NCBI GenBank assembly: GCA_020341815.1
Contig: CP070837.1
Span: 1,044,575-1,108,574, forward strand
Source: Candidatus Omnitrophota bacterium
Lineage (GTDB): Bacteria; Omnitrophota; Gorgyraeia; JAFGHF01
DNA length: 64,000 nucleotides
Reading direction: 5' to 3'
This document shows, in pieces, positions 1 through 8,878 of the stretch. The translations under genes and the position numbers were made by a program. The notes beneath the pieces were generated by a model. The model saw only the letters and a list, made by a program, of their open reading frames with translations, was not told the origin of the DNA and ran no database searches. Within the stretch, counting starts at the first letter, position 1; each line of letters opens with the position of its first letter.

Positions 1-32
1 AGAAAGCTAAACAGGATTTTCTTGATCTCTTA

Positions 33-1121
33 TTGGTTTTTGCCTCGGCAAAGTTTGACCAGCAAAATCTTCTTCGGGGCATCAAATCCGTCTGTCGGGA
101 TGCAACTATAGTCGGCTGTTCAACCGCCGGAGAGATAACTACCGCCGGGCCTGCAAAAAATTCCGTGGCAATAATGGGATTTAAATCCGACTCTTTAGAA
201 TTTGCCACAGGCCTGGGCTGCGGCCTTTCCGAAGATGCCCGCGGCGCAGGACAAAAATGCGCCCAGCAGGCAATTAGAACAAGGATACGCAAGAGACATG
301 CCCTTGTCATGTTACCTGACGGCCTCTCCGGAAACGGTGCCGATGTAATCAGGGGCGCGCAGGAAGTTCTGGGGACAAGCTTTCCTATCGTGGGAGGTTC
401 CGCCGGCGATGACTACCTTTTTAAAAAAACCTACCAATATTACCAGGACAAGGTGCTTAGCGATTCGGTGGTGGGAATTCTCTTCGGAGGAGAAATCTCC
501 ATAGGCATCGGTATAAGGCACGGCTGGGCCCCTATCGGCAAGGCGCATCAAGTTACTAAAAGCCGCGGCAATGTCATCGAGGGGCTCGACGGAAAAGAGG
601 CCTTGAGGATCTACCAGGATTATTTTGGAGACGAAGCTCAGCAGTTAAAAGAACTCTCCTGGGCAAAAATCGGCACAATTTATCCTCTGGGCATGTCCAT
701 ACCGGATGAAGAGGAATATCTTATCAGATATGCCTCCCGAGCCACGCCTCAAGGCGCGCTCGTCTGCGCTGCGGAAGTGCCGCAAGGCTCCCAGGTGCGT
801 TTAATGATTGCCGATAAAGACAGGGTCTTAAATGCTGCTCGGGAAGCCGCCACAAGAGCCAAAGAAGGATTAGAAGAGGCTAAAATTTCAGCAATAATTG
901 TCTTTGATTCCATAGCCCGTAAAAGGATTTTAGGAAGGGGCGCCTCGGCAGAAATCGAAGTTATTAAAAAAACTCTGGGGAAGAACATTCCTGTAATCGG
1001 ATTTTACAGCTATGGAGAGCAGGCCCCTTTGGGGGCGGAAAGATACGCAGGCATTTCCTATTTCCACAACGAAACAGTGGTAATCCTGGCTATAGCCGAA
1101 GCCGGCCAAAAAGAAAGATAA
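33..1121 (+). CDS. FIST-domain (NosP-like) sensory protein, probably 5'-truncated by the window edge
   Basis: FIST_N motifs GCSTAGEI and GGSAGD; FIST_C motif GFYSYGEQ...FHNET; frame is open upstream of 33. Confidence 0.85.
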   Translation: MVFASAKFDQQNLLRGIKSVCRDATIVGCSTAGEITTAGPAKNSVAIMGFKSDSLEFATGLGCGLSEDARGAGQKCAQQAIRTRIRKRHALVMLPDGLSGNGADVIRGAQEVLGTSFPIVGGSAGDDYLFKKTYQYYQDKVLSDSVVGILFGGEISIGIGIRHGWAPIGKAHQVTKSRGNVIEGLDGKEALRIYQDYFGDEAQQLKELSWAKIGTIYPLGMSIPDEEEYLIRYASRATPQGALVCAAEVPQGSQVRLMIADKDRVLNAAREAATRAKEGLEEAKISAIIVFDSIARKRILGRGASAEIEVIKKTLGKNIPVIGFYSYGEQAPLGAERYAGISYFHNETVVILAIAEAGQKER

Positions 1122-1125
1122 GAAA

Positions 1126-2613
1126 ATGTTCGATCTAAATATAGGCGTAATGTCCGTTATCGCCAGCATCACAATCGTCAGCGCCTTTATTTATCTGGTT
1201 ATCCTTACCGAAAGACAGAGAAGAAGCAGACAAAGCCTGCAGCGCTCTTTGGATAAGCTAAAGAAGGCCTACGATGAATTAGACGAACAGGCAAAAATTA
1301 TCGTAAAGAAGGACCTGGAGCTTAATAAAACCCAGGAAGAATTGGATAAAAAACTTAACAGTCTTTATACCTTGCATAAATTAACCAAAGCCATCAGCTC
1401 CACTTTCGATACAGAAAAATTATTTTCCCAGATTAATAAATCATTTATCTCGGAATTGGGATTTGATAAGGGCTTGATTGTCCTGATAGATAAAGGCACG
1501 AAGGAGCCGTCCTTTCCTGTGGCCGTAGGTTATCCTGCCGAAAAACAGGAAGAAATTAAAAAGTTTTTAATCCGGGAAAGTGTACTGGATAAAGTTAATC
1601 AGCCTTTATTGCTCGATACCAGCCTTTCGCTCGGCGGCGCAAAAGAAGAACTGTTTCGATTGCTTGATTTATCCTCTCTTTGTCTGGTGCCGATTATATC
1701 ACAGGAAGCCAAGCTCGGCCTGCTTATGGTAGGCACAGAACTTCCTTATGTCAGGGCCACCGAAGGCGACCTGGAAATCCTATCTATCCTTGCCGGACAG
1801 ATTGCTGCCGGCGCCGAAAACGCCAAGCTTTACGAAGAGCTCTGGCTATCGCATCAACACCTGGAGCAAAGAGTAACTCAAAGAACACAGGAGTTGGCCT
1901 CGGCCAATGAGAAGCTTAAAAAGATAGATAAATTAAAGTCGGAATTTGTCTCGGCGGTCTCCCACGAATTACGCACGCCCTTGACTTCCATTAAAGGCTA
2001 TGCCGCTATCCTGATGGCGGGAAAACTGGGGGCGGTACCTCATCCGGTCAAAGAACGTCTGAATAAAATCAATAAACATTCCGACAGCCTGACCAAGCTC
2101 GTCAATGACCTTTTGGATATCTCCAGAATCGAATCGGGCAAAGTAGGAATGAGATTACAAAAACTCCACCTAAAAGATGCGCTGGATGAAGTCCTGGACA
2201 TAATGGCGCCGCAAATAAAAGATAAAAAAATTCAGCTTTCTGTGGAAGGAATCGATAAACTCCCTGCCTGTATGGGAGATAAGGTTCAACTGACGCGAGT
2301 CCTGACCAATTTATTAGGCAATGCCATTAAGTTTACTCCCGAAGAAGGAAAAATATCCATCAAAGCCAAAAGCAACAAAGACTTCCTGCAAATAGATATC
2401 CGCGACTCCGGTATCGGCATTGCCGAGAAAAACCTGGCAAATATTTTTGAAGAGTTCTATCGTGAAGACAACGCCGTTAACCAGCAGGTAAAGGGAACGG
2501 GCCTGGGACTTTCCCTGGTTAAGCGTATCATAGAGGCGCACAAGGGTAAAATCTGGGCCAGCAGCAAACCCGGCAAAGGCGCGATCTTCAGCTTCACATT
2601 ACCTAAGGCATAA
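1126..2613 (+). CDS. Sensor histidine kinase (TM, coiled coil, GAF, HisKA, HATPase)
   Basis: H-box SHELRTPL, N-box NLLGNAIKF, G-boxes DSGIGI and GTGLGL. Confidence 0.95.
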   Translation: MFDLNIGVMSVIASITIVSAFIYLVILTERQRRSRQSLQRSLDKLKKAYDELDEQAKIIVKKDLELNKTQEELDKKLNSLYTLHKLTKAISSTFDTEKLFSQINKSFISELGFDKGLIVLIDKGTKEPSFPVAVGYPAEKQEEIKKFLIRESVLDKVNQPLLLDTSLSLGGAKEELFRLLDLSSLCLVPIISQEAKLGLLMVGTELPYVRATEGDLEILSILAGQIAAGAENAKLYEELWLSHQHLEQRVTQRTQELASANEKLKKIDKLKSEFVSAVSHELRTPLTSIKGYAAILMAGKLGAVPHPVKERLNKINKHSDSLTKLVNDLLDISRIESGKVGMRLQKLHLKDALDEVLDIMAPQIKDKKIQLSVEGIDKLPACMGDKVQLTRVLTNLLGNAIKFTPEEGKISIKAKSNKDFLQIDIRDSGIGIAEKNLANIFEEFYREDNAVNQQVKGTGLGLSLVKRIIEAHKGKIWASSKPGKGAIFSFTLPKA

Positions 2614-2734
2614 ATAGTCGCTGGTCGCTAGTATCTAGTATCTAGTTAAAAACTTTTTTATATAATCTTTAATATTTATAAGTGTTTTTATTGTTTTTTA
2701 TTTTACTAAATACCAGATACTAGCGACTAGATAC
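2614..2734. repeat. Heptamer-repeat palindromic intergenic element, copy 1
   Basis: Left arm atagtcgctggtcgctagtatctagtatctagt, AT-rich core, right arm actaaataccagatactagcgactagatac; near-identical arms in inverse orientation at 14277-14389. Confidence 0.85.
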
Positions 2735-2758
2735 TGTTGAGAACGGAGTGAGCAACGA

Positions 2759-3688
2759 ATGGCAAAAAAACGCATATTAATAGTTGATGACGACCCGGAT
2801 ATCTTAGACGTGCTGCGTCTGGCTATTCCGGAAGAAGAATATGAAGTAGTCGAGGCGCATGATGGACAAGAGGCCCTGGATAAGGCATATGAGCGCCCCC
2901 CGGATCTAATTATTCTGGATTATATTATTCCCAAGATAGACGGCCGCAGCGTCTGCCAGAAGCTAAAAAAAGATATCCTCTTACGCCACATGCCTATTAT
3001 TATGCTGACCGGAAAGGGTGAAGTAAAAGATAAGGTCGAAGGATTAGACGCCGGAGCAGATGATTATATCGTTAAGCCTTTCGAACCGCAGGAGCTCTTA
3101 GCGCGCATCAGGATGATTCTCAGGCGCAGCCAGATAGATTTAGATGCCGCTCCCTTAACCCGCCTTCCCGGAAACGTCTCCATCTTCAATGAAATCGACA
3201 GAAGAATTAAAAACAGGGAGAAATTCGCGGTCGGCTATATCGATATGGACAAGTTCAAAATCTTTAACGATAAATACGGCTTTACCTGGGGAGACCGCAT
3301 TATCCAGGAAAGCGCCCGTGTCATCGTAAAGACAGTGGAAGAAAAAGGCGACCCCGATGATTTCGTCGGGCATATCGGCGGGGATGACTTCGTAATAGTT
3401 ACCTCTCTTGCCACTATCGAAGAAATCTGCCGGCAAATCATCAAAGAGTTTGACGAAGTGACTAAAAAGCTCTACAACCCCCAAGACCTGAAAAAAGGCC
3501 ACATCATAGGTAAAGACAGGCAGGGAAAGACCGTTAAGGTAGGGCTGATTACTATTTCCATAGGCGTAGTTACCAATGAGCACCGCAAGTTTACCCACGT
3601 AGCCCAGGTCGCAGAAATCGGCGCCGAGCTAAAAGAATATGCCAAGACAAAAAAGAAAAGCAATTATGTGAAAGACAAGCGTAAATAG
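2759..3688 (+). CDS. Response regulator-diguanylate cyclase (REC + GGDEF, GGDDF variant)
   Basis: REC motifs ILIVDDD, DLIILD, KPF; PLTRLPGN; FK.FND.YG; HIGGDDF. Confidence 0.9.
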   Translation: MAKKRILIVDDDPDILDVLRLAIPEEEYEVVEAHDGQEALDKAYERPPDLIILDYIIPKIDGRSVCQKLKKDILLRHMPIIMLTGKGEVKDKVEGLDAGADDYIVKPFEPQELLARIRMILRRSQIDLDAAPLTRLPGNVSIFNEIDRRIKNREKFAVGYIDMDKFKIFNDKYGFTWGDRIIQESARVIVKTVEEKGDPDDFVGHIGGDDFVIVTSLATIEEICRQIIKEFDEVTKKLYNPQDLKKGHIIGKDRQGKTVKVGLITISIGVVTNEHRKFTHVAQVAEIGAELKEYAKTKKKSNYVKDKRK

Positions 3689-3713
3689 GTTTTCAAAGCA
3701 AAACATTGGAAAT

Positions 3714-3749
3714 TAAAAAGAGCCCCAAAAATCTTGGGGCTCTTTTATT
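3714..3749. terminator. Bidirectional intrinsic terminator
   Basis: aaaagagccccaa-aaatc-ttggggctctttt between convergent genes. Confidence 0.85.
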
Positions 3750-3752
3750 ATC

Positions 3753-3839
3753 TGGTGCGCAGGGCGAGATTTGAACTCGCACAGGGTTTCCCCCACTACC
3801 CCCTCAAAGTAGCGTGTCTACCAGTTCCACCACCTGCGC
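3753..3839 (-). tRNA. tRNA-Leu(GAG)
   Basis: Cloverleaf with long variable arm, anticodon loop TTGAGGG, encoded CCA. Confidence 0.93.
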
Positions 3840-3930
3840 AAATTGCCTCAAAAAACTACAGTAAATCTTTAGCCTCCTAAAACATTTGCTAAGTTGTCAA
3901 ATTTCTTTAAAGATGTTATCGCTGGTGATA

Positions 3931-5310
3931 TCATGATTTTTGTCTTTGCCTAACTTTCCATAAAAAATACAAGTCTTGGCTACGTATTGTTTCTTCTAGA
4001 TCACTTTTTGCCATTGTCCTTTTAGTGAGCTCTGCAATGATTTTGACTAGTCCAAGTGCACTGGCGGCAGCGATAAGTCCGTCCGGAAGAAGCCCAGAAT
4101 ACATGCCAAAAGATATAGCTCCGGTCCAAGCAATGATTTCTCGTCTTACGCCTTTAATCAATGAGCGTTGAGCTGATTTTATTCTAGTATCAAGTAAACT
4201 CAATTTAGGTCTGATTATATCTTGGAAAATTGCTTGAGCATCGCGTTTTGAAAAATTTTTACCACTTTTTCTGTATTCATTAATTGCCTTATTGAGAACA
4301 TTTCGAAATAAAATAAAAGATTCTTCCTCTCCAGCTCTAAGTTTAAGAATTTCTAAAGGATCAATATCCTCAATGAATGGAACTAAACAGGTCATATATT
4401 TTTGTATTATTTGATTCCGTTGTTCAATGTTTGGATCTAATGAGATTTCTCTCAAAAAATCAATATGGAGTATTCGTTCGGTAAGAAACGATGTATTAAG
4501 ACACTGTGCTGTTGCCAATTCAAAATTGATATTTTCGTAATTTTTTTTCGCTAGGTATTCTGCATATCCAATTTTTTTAAGAGCAGTTCTGGATAAATGA
4601 ATTTCTTTACCCTTTTTAATTTTGGCAATAATATGTGGTATTTTTTTTAAGGGCACTGGCATTTTTTCCGCTACATTAACTGTGGCTCCATGTTCAAGCA
4701 ATATTTCTGGTCCATGTGCATCTACAACATATAATCCTTTCTCCATTCTTACTGAAGCTTTGATTTGATTGTTGAATCGGTCGATTAGTTTTGTTAATGC
4801 TTTTTTTAATCTTCTATCATCTTTCTGTCCAAGAGAGTGTTTTGCTAAACAGTGCGTACAAAAATAGGGGGCTGTAATAGGGACAATCTTTTCTGCTTTT
4901 ATTAGAGGGCGTAGATAATTTAAAATAAGTAGGTCTTCAGCGAAATCTTTTTGAAATTTTCTTACATCAGATAAATTTTTTTTATTAGAGTGTTCAACGT
5001 GATCAGCTAAAAAATTCCGTATATAAACTTTATCGCTATAAAAAGCTGCGAATTGTGCCAATTGTTTTACGTAAGCCATCCTACAATCAAAAACAACGCA
5101 AGGCCATCGACTACCGCCGAGCGAAAATGAAGCAGAATGAGAAAACACAGATTCTTCCCTTGGCAATTTTTTGACAGAAGTAAGTTCCAATGATTGTTTA
5201 GAAAAATCGATAATATCGATTGGTGAGGCATGTTCAATCTGAAAAAGATTCAGTTTGCCATTACGCATAAATTTTGATTTATCAATCTGTTCAAATAAAA
5301 GATTTTTCAT
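3931..5310 (-). CDS. AT-rich hypothetical protein with CxxC and a hydrophobic C-terminal segment
   Basis: Long ORF between two tRNAs; ATG at 5310 preceded by AGGA; no family recognised. Confidence 0.7.
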   Translation of the reverse strand: MKNLLFEQIDKSKFMRNGKLNLFQIEHASPIDIIDFSKQSLELTSVKKLPREESVFSHSASFSLGGSRWPCVVFDCRMAYVKQLAQFAAFYSDKVYIRNFLADHVEHSNKKNLSDVRKFQKDFAEDLLILNYLRPLIKAEKIVPITAPYFCTHCLAKHSLGQKDDRRLKKALTKLIDRFNNQIKASVRMEKGLYVVDAHGPEILLEHGATVNVAEKMPVPLKKIPHIIAKIKKGKEIHLSRTALKKIGYAEYLAKKNYENINFELATAQCLNTSFLTERILHIDFLREISLDPNIEQRNQIIQKYMTCLVPFIEDIDPLEILKLRAGEEESFILFRNVLNKAINEYRKSGKNFSKRDAQAIFQDIIRPKLSLLDTRIKSAQRSLIKGVRREIIAWTGAISFGMYSGLLPDGLIAAASALGLVKIIAELTKRTMAKSDLEETIRSQDLYFLWKVRQRQKS

Positions 5311-5409
5311 TATTTTCCTATTTACTGATATTAAGGAAAGGGTAAATTTACTGTTTGAATCCAATCCCAGAACTCTTTAGCTTTCTTAATCTCCTCAAGC
5401 ATATCCGTA

Positions 5410-5483
5410 TGGCTGCCGAGCCAGGATTCGAACCTAGACTAAATGGTCCAGAGCCATTCGTGCTACCATTACACCACTCGGCA
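5410..5483 (-). tRNA. tRNA-Gln(CTG)
   Basis: Anticodon arm aatgg-CTCTGGA-ccatt, GTTCGAATC T-loop, CCA. Confidence 0.95.
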
Positions 5484-5500
5484 ATATTTGCTTCTATATT

Positions 5501-6802
5501 TTATAACAGCTTTAGCGCCTGCGTCAATCTTGCACTAACTCTTTCCCTGCCTAAAGCTGCCATAGTCTCAAAAAGTCCCGGGCCCACTCTTTTGCCGGTA
5601 AGGGCTACCCTGACCGGGTGTATCAAATCCCCGCTTTTGATGCCCTCTTTGGCAATCAGGTCCCGGCAGCTATCCTCAACGGTCTTTATATCAAAAGAAT
5701 CTATTTTCTCTAAGACTGCGATTAGTTTGGTAAAGATATCCTTTGTGTTTTTCTTCTTCTGCAAGAATGTCTTTGCCTCAGGCGCAAACTCAATCTTATC
5801 CACAAAGAAAAAATCAGCCAACTCGGGGAAATCCGAAAGCTTCTTAACCCTTATCTTAAACAGTTCTACAATCTCGGTGAGCTTCTTTTTATCATAATCT
5901 TTATTGATATATTTTTTCTGAATCAAAAATGGCGCTATGAGCTCGGTTAATCTCTTTGTATCCAATTGCTGAATATACTGACCGTTCATCCACTCTAATT
6001 TTTCCGGATTAAATGCGGCGGCGGTCTTGAGCACTCTCTCCAGAGTAAACTCCCTGATTATCTCTTCTTTTGAGGCGATTTCCTGACGGGCGCCCAAAGA
6101 CCAGCCCAGAAGCGCCAGAAAGTTAAATAAAGCCTCCGGCAAATACCCCTGCTCGCGGTAATAAGAAACCGGCATTGCCCCTTTGCGCTTGGAAAGGCGC
6201 GAGCGGTCAGCCGCCACAATCAAAGGTATATGGGCAAAGCGCGGCAGGCTAAACCCTAAAGCCTCATAAATAGCCATCTGCTTAGGCGTATTGGAAATAT
6301 GGTCTTCGCCGCGGATGATGTGGGTAATTTTCATATCGTGGTCGTCAATTACGCAGGCAAAATTATAGGTCGGTGTGCCGTCGGATTTCATCAATACCTG
6401 ATCCTTAAAAGAACCGGCGGCAAACTCAATCGGGCCGCGGATTATATCGTCAAACCTGAAAGGCTTCTGGGGAACGCGTAAAATAATCGCCGTTCCTTCA
6501 GAATAGGCCTTTTTCTCATCCAGGAGTTTCTGGGCATATTTTTTATAAATAGGAAAACGTTGGCTTTGAAAATGAGGCCCCTCATCCCAATGCAAGCCCA
6601 GCCATTTAAGGTCTTCTAAAATCTGATCCAGATAAACCTTCTCCGAGCGGGCCTTATCGGTGTCCTCGATCCTCAAGACAAAGACTCCCTTGTTGTGGCG
6701 GGTGAACAGCCAGTTAAATAAAGCGGTCCTTACTCCCCCGATATGCAAATATCCCGTCGGGCTGGGCGCAAAGCGCGCTCTTACTATTTCTTTATCGGCC
6801 AT
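5501..6802 (-). CDS. gltX: Glutamate-tRNA ligase
   Basis: RFAPSPTGYLHIGG; LSKR (KMSKS-equivalent). Confidence 0.97.
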   Translation of the reverse strand: MADKEIVRARFAPSPTGYLHIGGVRTALFNWLFTRHNKGVFVLRIEDTDKARSEKVYLDQILEDLKWLGLHWDEGPHFQSQRFPIYKKYAQKLLDEKKAYSEGTAIILRVPQKPFRFDDIIRGPIEFAAGSFKDQVLMKSDGTPTYNFACVIDDHDMKITHIIRGEDHISNTPKQMAIYEALGFSLPRFAHIPLIVAADRSRLSKRKGAMPVSYYREQGYLPEALFNFLALLGWSLGARQEIASKEEIIREFTLERVLKTAAAFNPEKLEWMNGQYIQQLDTKRLTELIAPFLIQKKYINKDYDKKKLTEIVELFKIRVKKLSDFPELADFFFVDKIEFAPEAKTFLQKKKNTKDIFTKLIAVLEKIDSFDIKTVEDSCRDLIAKEGIKSGDLIHPVRVALTGKRVGPGLFETMAALGRERVSARLTQALKLL

Positions 6803-7328
6803 GCCTGGTGCCTTCCTCCAATGCCTTTTGATTAATTTCTATCAGATGCTGCTTATCCTTGGGAGCAATCTGGCGAAAAACCGACAAGACGCTCTCGAGT
6901 TTTAAAATATTTTTATTCTTCAAATAGGCCCCCAAAGCTACCATATTAGCCACGCGCACATCACCCAAGGAAGTGGCAATCTCGGTAAAAGAGATATTGC
7001 GCACATCTATTTTATCGGGCAAGGAGCCTGTCTTAATCAGGCTTGAATTCACCAAGGCCAGGCCCCCTTTTTTCACTCTTTCTTTAAACCTATCCCAGGA
7101 AGGCTGGTTAAAGACGAAAAGTGTATCCGTTTTATCTACATAAGGAGAGGCGATTTCTTCATCGGAGATAACCACCATACAATAGGCGCATCCGCCGCGC
7201 ATGGCCGCCCCATAAGAAGGCATCCAGGTCGTCTTTTTATTTTCCTCTAGCGCCGCCTGGGCCAGCACCTTACCCAGAAGCATTATCCCCTGTCCGCCGA
7301 AGCCGGCGCAGATAATCTCTTCTCTCAC
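6792..7328 (-). CDS. 2-oxoacid:ferredoxin oxidoreductase gamma subunit
   Basis: AGFGGQG, PSYG..MRGG, NMVALGA. Confidence 0.92.
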   Translation of the reverse strand: MREEIICAGFGGQGIMLLGKVLAQAALEENKKTTWMPSYGAAMRGGCAYCMVVISDEEIASPYVDKTDTLFVFNQPSWDRFKERVKKGGLALVNSSLIKTGSLPDKIDVRNISFTEIATSLGDVRVANMVALGAYLKNKNILKLESVLSVFRQIAPKDKQHLIEINQKALEEGTRHGR

Positions 7329-7438
7329 CCCGCTCTTCCCTTTCTTCCTAACGCCAAGGCTTTATCCCCATCCTTTTCTTCTACCACCTTCGCCCATATC
7401 TCTTATACAAAGCATAGTATTTGGAAGGGCGGGGCTCA
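7326..7438. repeat. 113-bp TIR element, copy A
   Basis: Minus strand TGA-GCCCCGCCCTTCC...GAAGAGCGGG-GTGA; same ends and length as 41874-41986. Confidence 0.8.
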
Positions 7439-7609
7439 TTTTAATGAAAAGGGTTTATTCACGCCCAACATTTTTTTCCATATTTTATAAGCTTTTTTAT
7501 TAAAAGTATACTTTAAGTGGAAATTGACAAATTTCAAATAATCATCCATTGATAGCCATTTTGCATCAGGAATACCTTTTTTAATAATGGGTAAATTTAA
7601 TTTTTTCAT
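7436..7609 (-). CDS. Small basic protein (57 aa) partnered with the nucleotidyltransferase
   Basis: Hand translation MKKLNLPIIKKGIPDAKWLSMDDYLKFVNF...FSLK; starts 10 nt after the NTase stop. Confidence 0.6.
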   Translation of the reverse strand: MKKLNLPIIKKGIPDAKWLSMDDYLKFVNFHLKYTFNKKAYKIWKKMLGVNKPFSLK

Positions 7610-7619
7610 TCTGCAATCT

Positions 7620-8150
7620 TTATATGCTTTCTAATATCTCGTTGTAGATTTCTTTTGTTCCATATTTTAGACAAAGTTTCTGGAATTTTTTGCTTTTGAA
7701 ATCTACCTCATTAATTCTGATTAAATTAATGATATCCGGCAAATCTTTAATATTACGGACCTTAGGATTATATTTAATTGAATGGAGCTTGAGCGCAATT
7801 AAATTGTATAATGAAGGGACTGTGAACTTTTGTCCCGCTATATTAATTTCTTTTCCATCTTTAATGATCTCGAGTAAAGTTTCTTTGTCCACAAACATAA
7901 AATCTATATCCCATAGATTATATTTGCTACTTTTAAGCCGAGTAAATACTTTCTGGGTATAGTCTTGTTTATAGCCTGCCTCCTTCAATAAGCCCGCTAT
8001 TTTTTCAAAATCCTCTTTAGTAATCAAAAAATCAACGTCTGCAGTCTGCCGCGTGTATTTATAATAATTAACGGCAAATCCGCCAACTAAAATACAAGAG
8101 ACGCCTGCTTTTTTAGATATAGCTGAAATGAGATGAAAAACTGTAGTCAT
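7620..8150 (-). CDS. Nucleotidyltransferase-fold protein (AbiEii/DUF6036-like)
   Basis: LVGGFAV...R.T.DVDF, IDF, LIALKL, KDL.DI. Confidence 0.8.
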   Translation of the reverse strand: MTTVFHLISAISKKAGVSCILVGGFAVNYYKYTRQTADVDFLITKEDFEKIAGLLKEAGYKQDYTQKVFTRLKSSKYNLWDIDFMFVDKETLLEIIKDGKEINIAGQKFTVPSLYNLIALKLHSIKYNPKVRNIKDLPDIINLIRINEVDFKSKKFQKLCLKYGTKEIYNEILESI

Positions 8151-8875
8151 TTAAACTTCCCCAAAGGAAATGTCTTGGTCATCTCACTCCCCACCCATTG
8201 CCAGGCACCCTGAGGCGTCTTTTTCCAGCAGACAGGACAGGGAGAGAGTATCTCTACAAGCGAAAAACCTTTATTCTCAAGCTGATTTATAAAGGCCTCT
8301 TTCAGGGCCTTTTTGGTCTTGATTACCCCGCCTACAGAATCCAGGGCCACCCGCTCCAGGGACCTTACAGCCGGCAGAACAGCTAACAACTCACAAATCT
8401 TTAAAGGGTATCCCTCAAGGGCGGGATTTCGCCCCAGAGGAGTGGTAGTGGTCTTCTGCTTCAATAAGCTTGTCGGGGCCATCTGCCCACCGGTCATTCC
8501 GTAAATCGCGTTATTGATAAAAGCCACGCTTAAGTTTTCTCCGCGATTAGCCGCATGGATTGTCTCGGCAGTGCCGATAGCCGCTAAATCCCCGTCGCCC
8601 TGATAGGTAAAGACAAACCTATTCGGCTGCGTGCGCTTAATGCCCGTAGCCACTGCCAGGGCGCGGCCGTGAGCAGCCTCACAGCAGTCAAAGTTCCAGT
8701 AATCATAGGCCACTACCGCACAACCCACGGGACAGACGGCAATAGTCTTTTCCCTGATTCCCAGCTCATCAATCAGCTCACAAATCAGCCGATGTACTAT
8801 GCCGTGTCCGCAGCCTGCGCAATAATGCGTATCTACATCTCGCAATGATTCAGGACGGGTAAATATCTTTTCCAA
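8147..8875 (-). CDS. 2-oxoacid:ferredoxin oxidoreductase beta subunit (TPP-binding)
   Basis: YCAGCGHG, GDGD...NN TPP motif, YGMTGGQ. Confidence 0.95.
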   Translation of the reverse strand: MEKIFTRPESLRDVDTHYCAGCGHGIVHRLICELIDELGIREKTIAVCPVGCAVVAYDYWNFDCCEAAHGRALAVATGIKRTQPNRFVFTYQGDGDLAAIGTAETIHAANRGENLSVAFINNAIYGMTGGQMAPTSLLKQKTTTTPLGRNPALEGYPLKICELLAVLPAVRSLERVALDSVGGVIKTKKALKEAFINQLENKGFSLVEILSPCPVCWKKTPQGAWQWVGSEMTKTFPLGKFK

Positions 8876-8878
8876 GAA

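Noticed and set aside
2614-2734. CRISPR array
   Set aside because: Units are 7-nt tandem repeats without unique spacers; no cas genes or repeat-spacer arrays seen in the window.
5355-5897. 180-aa plus-strand ORF
   Set aside because: Antisense shadow of tRNA-Gln and gltX; the 'AEPGFEPRLNGPEP' text is a translated tRNA.
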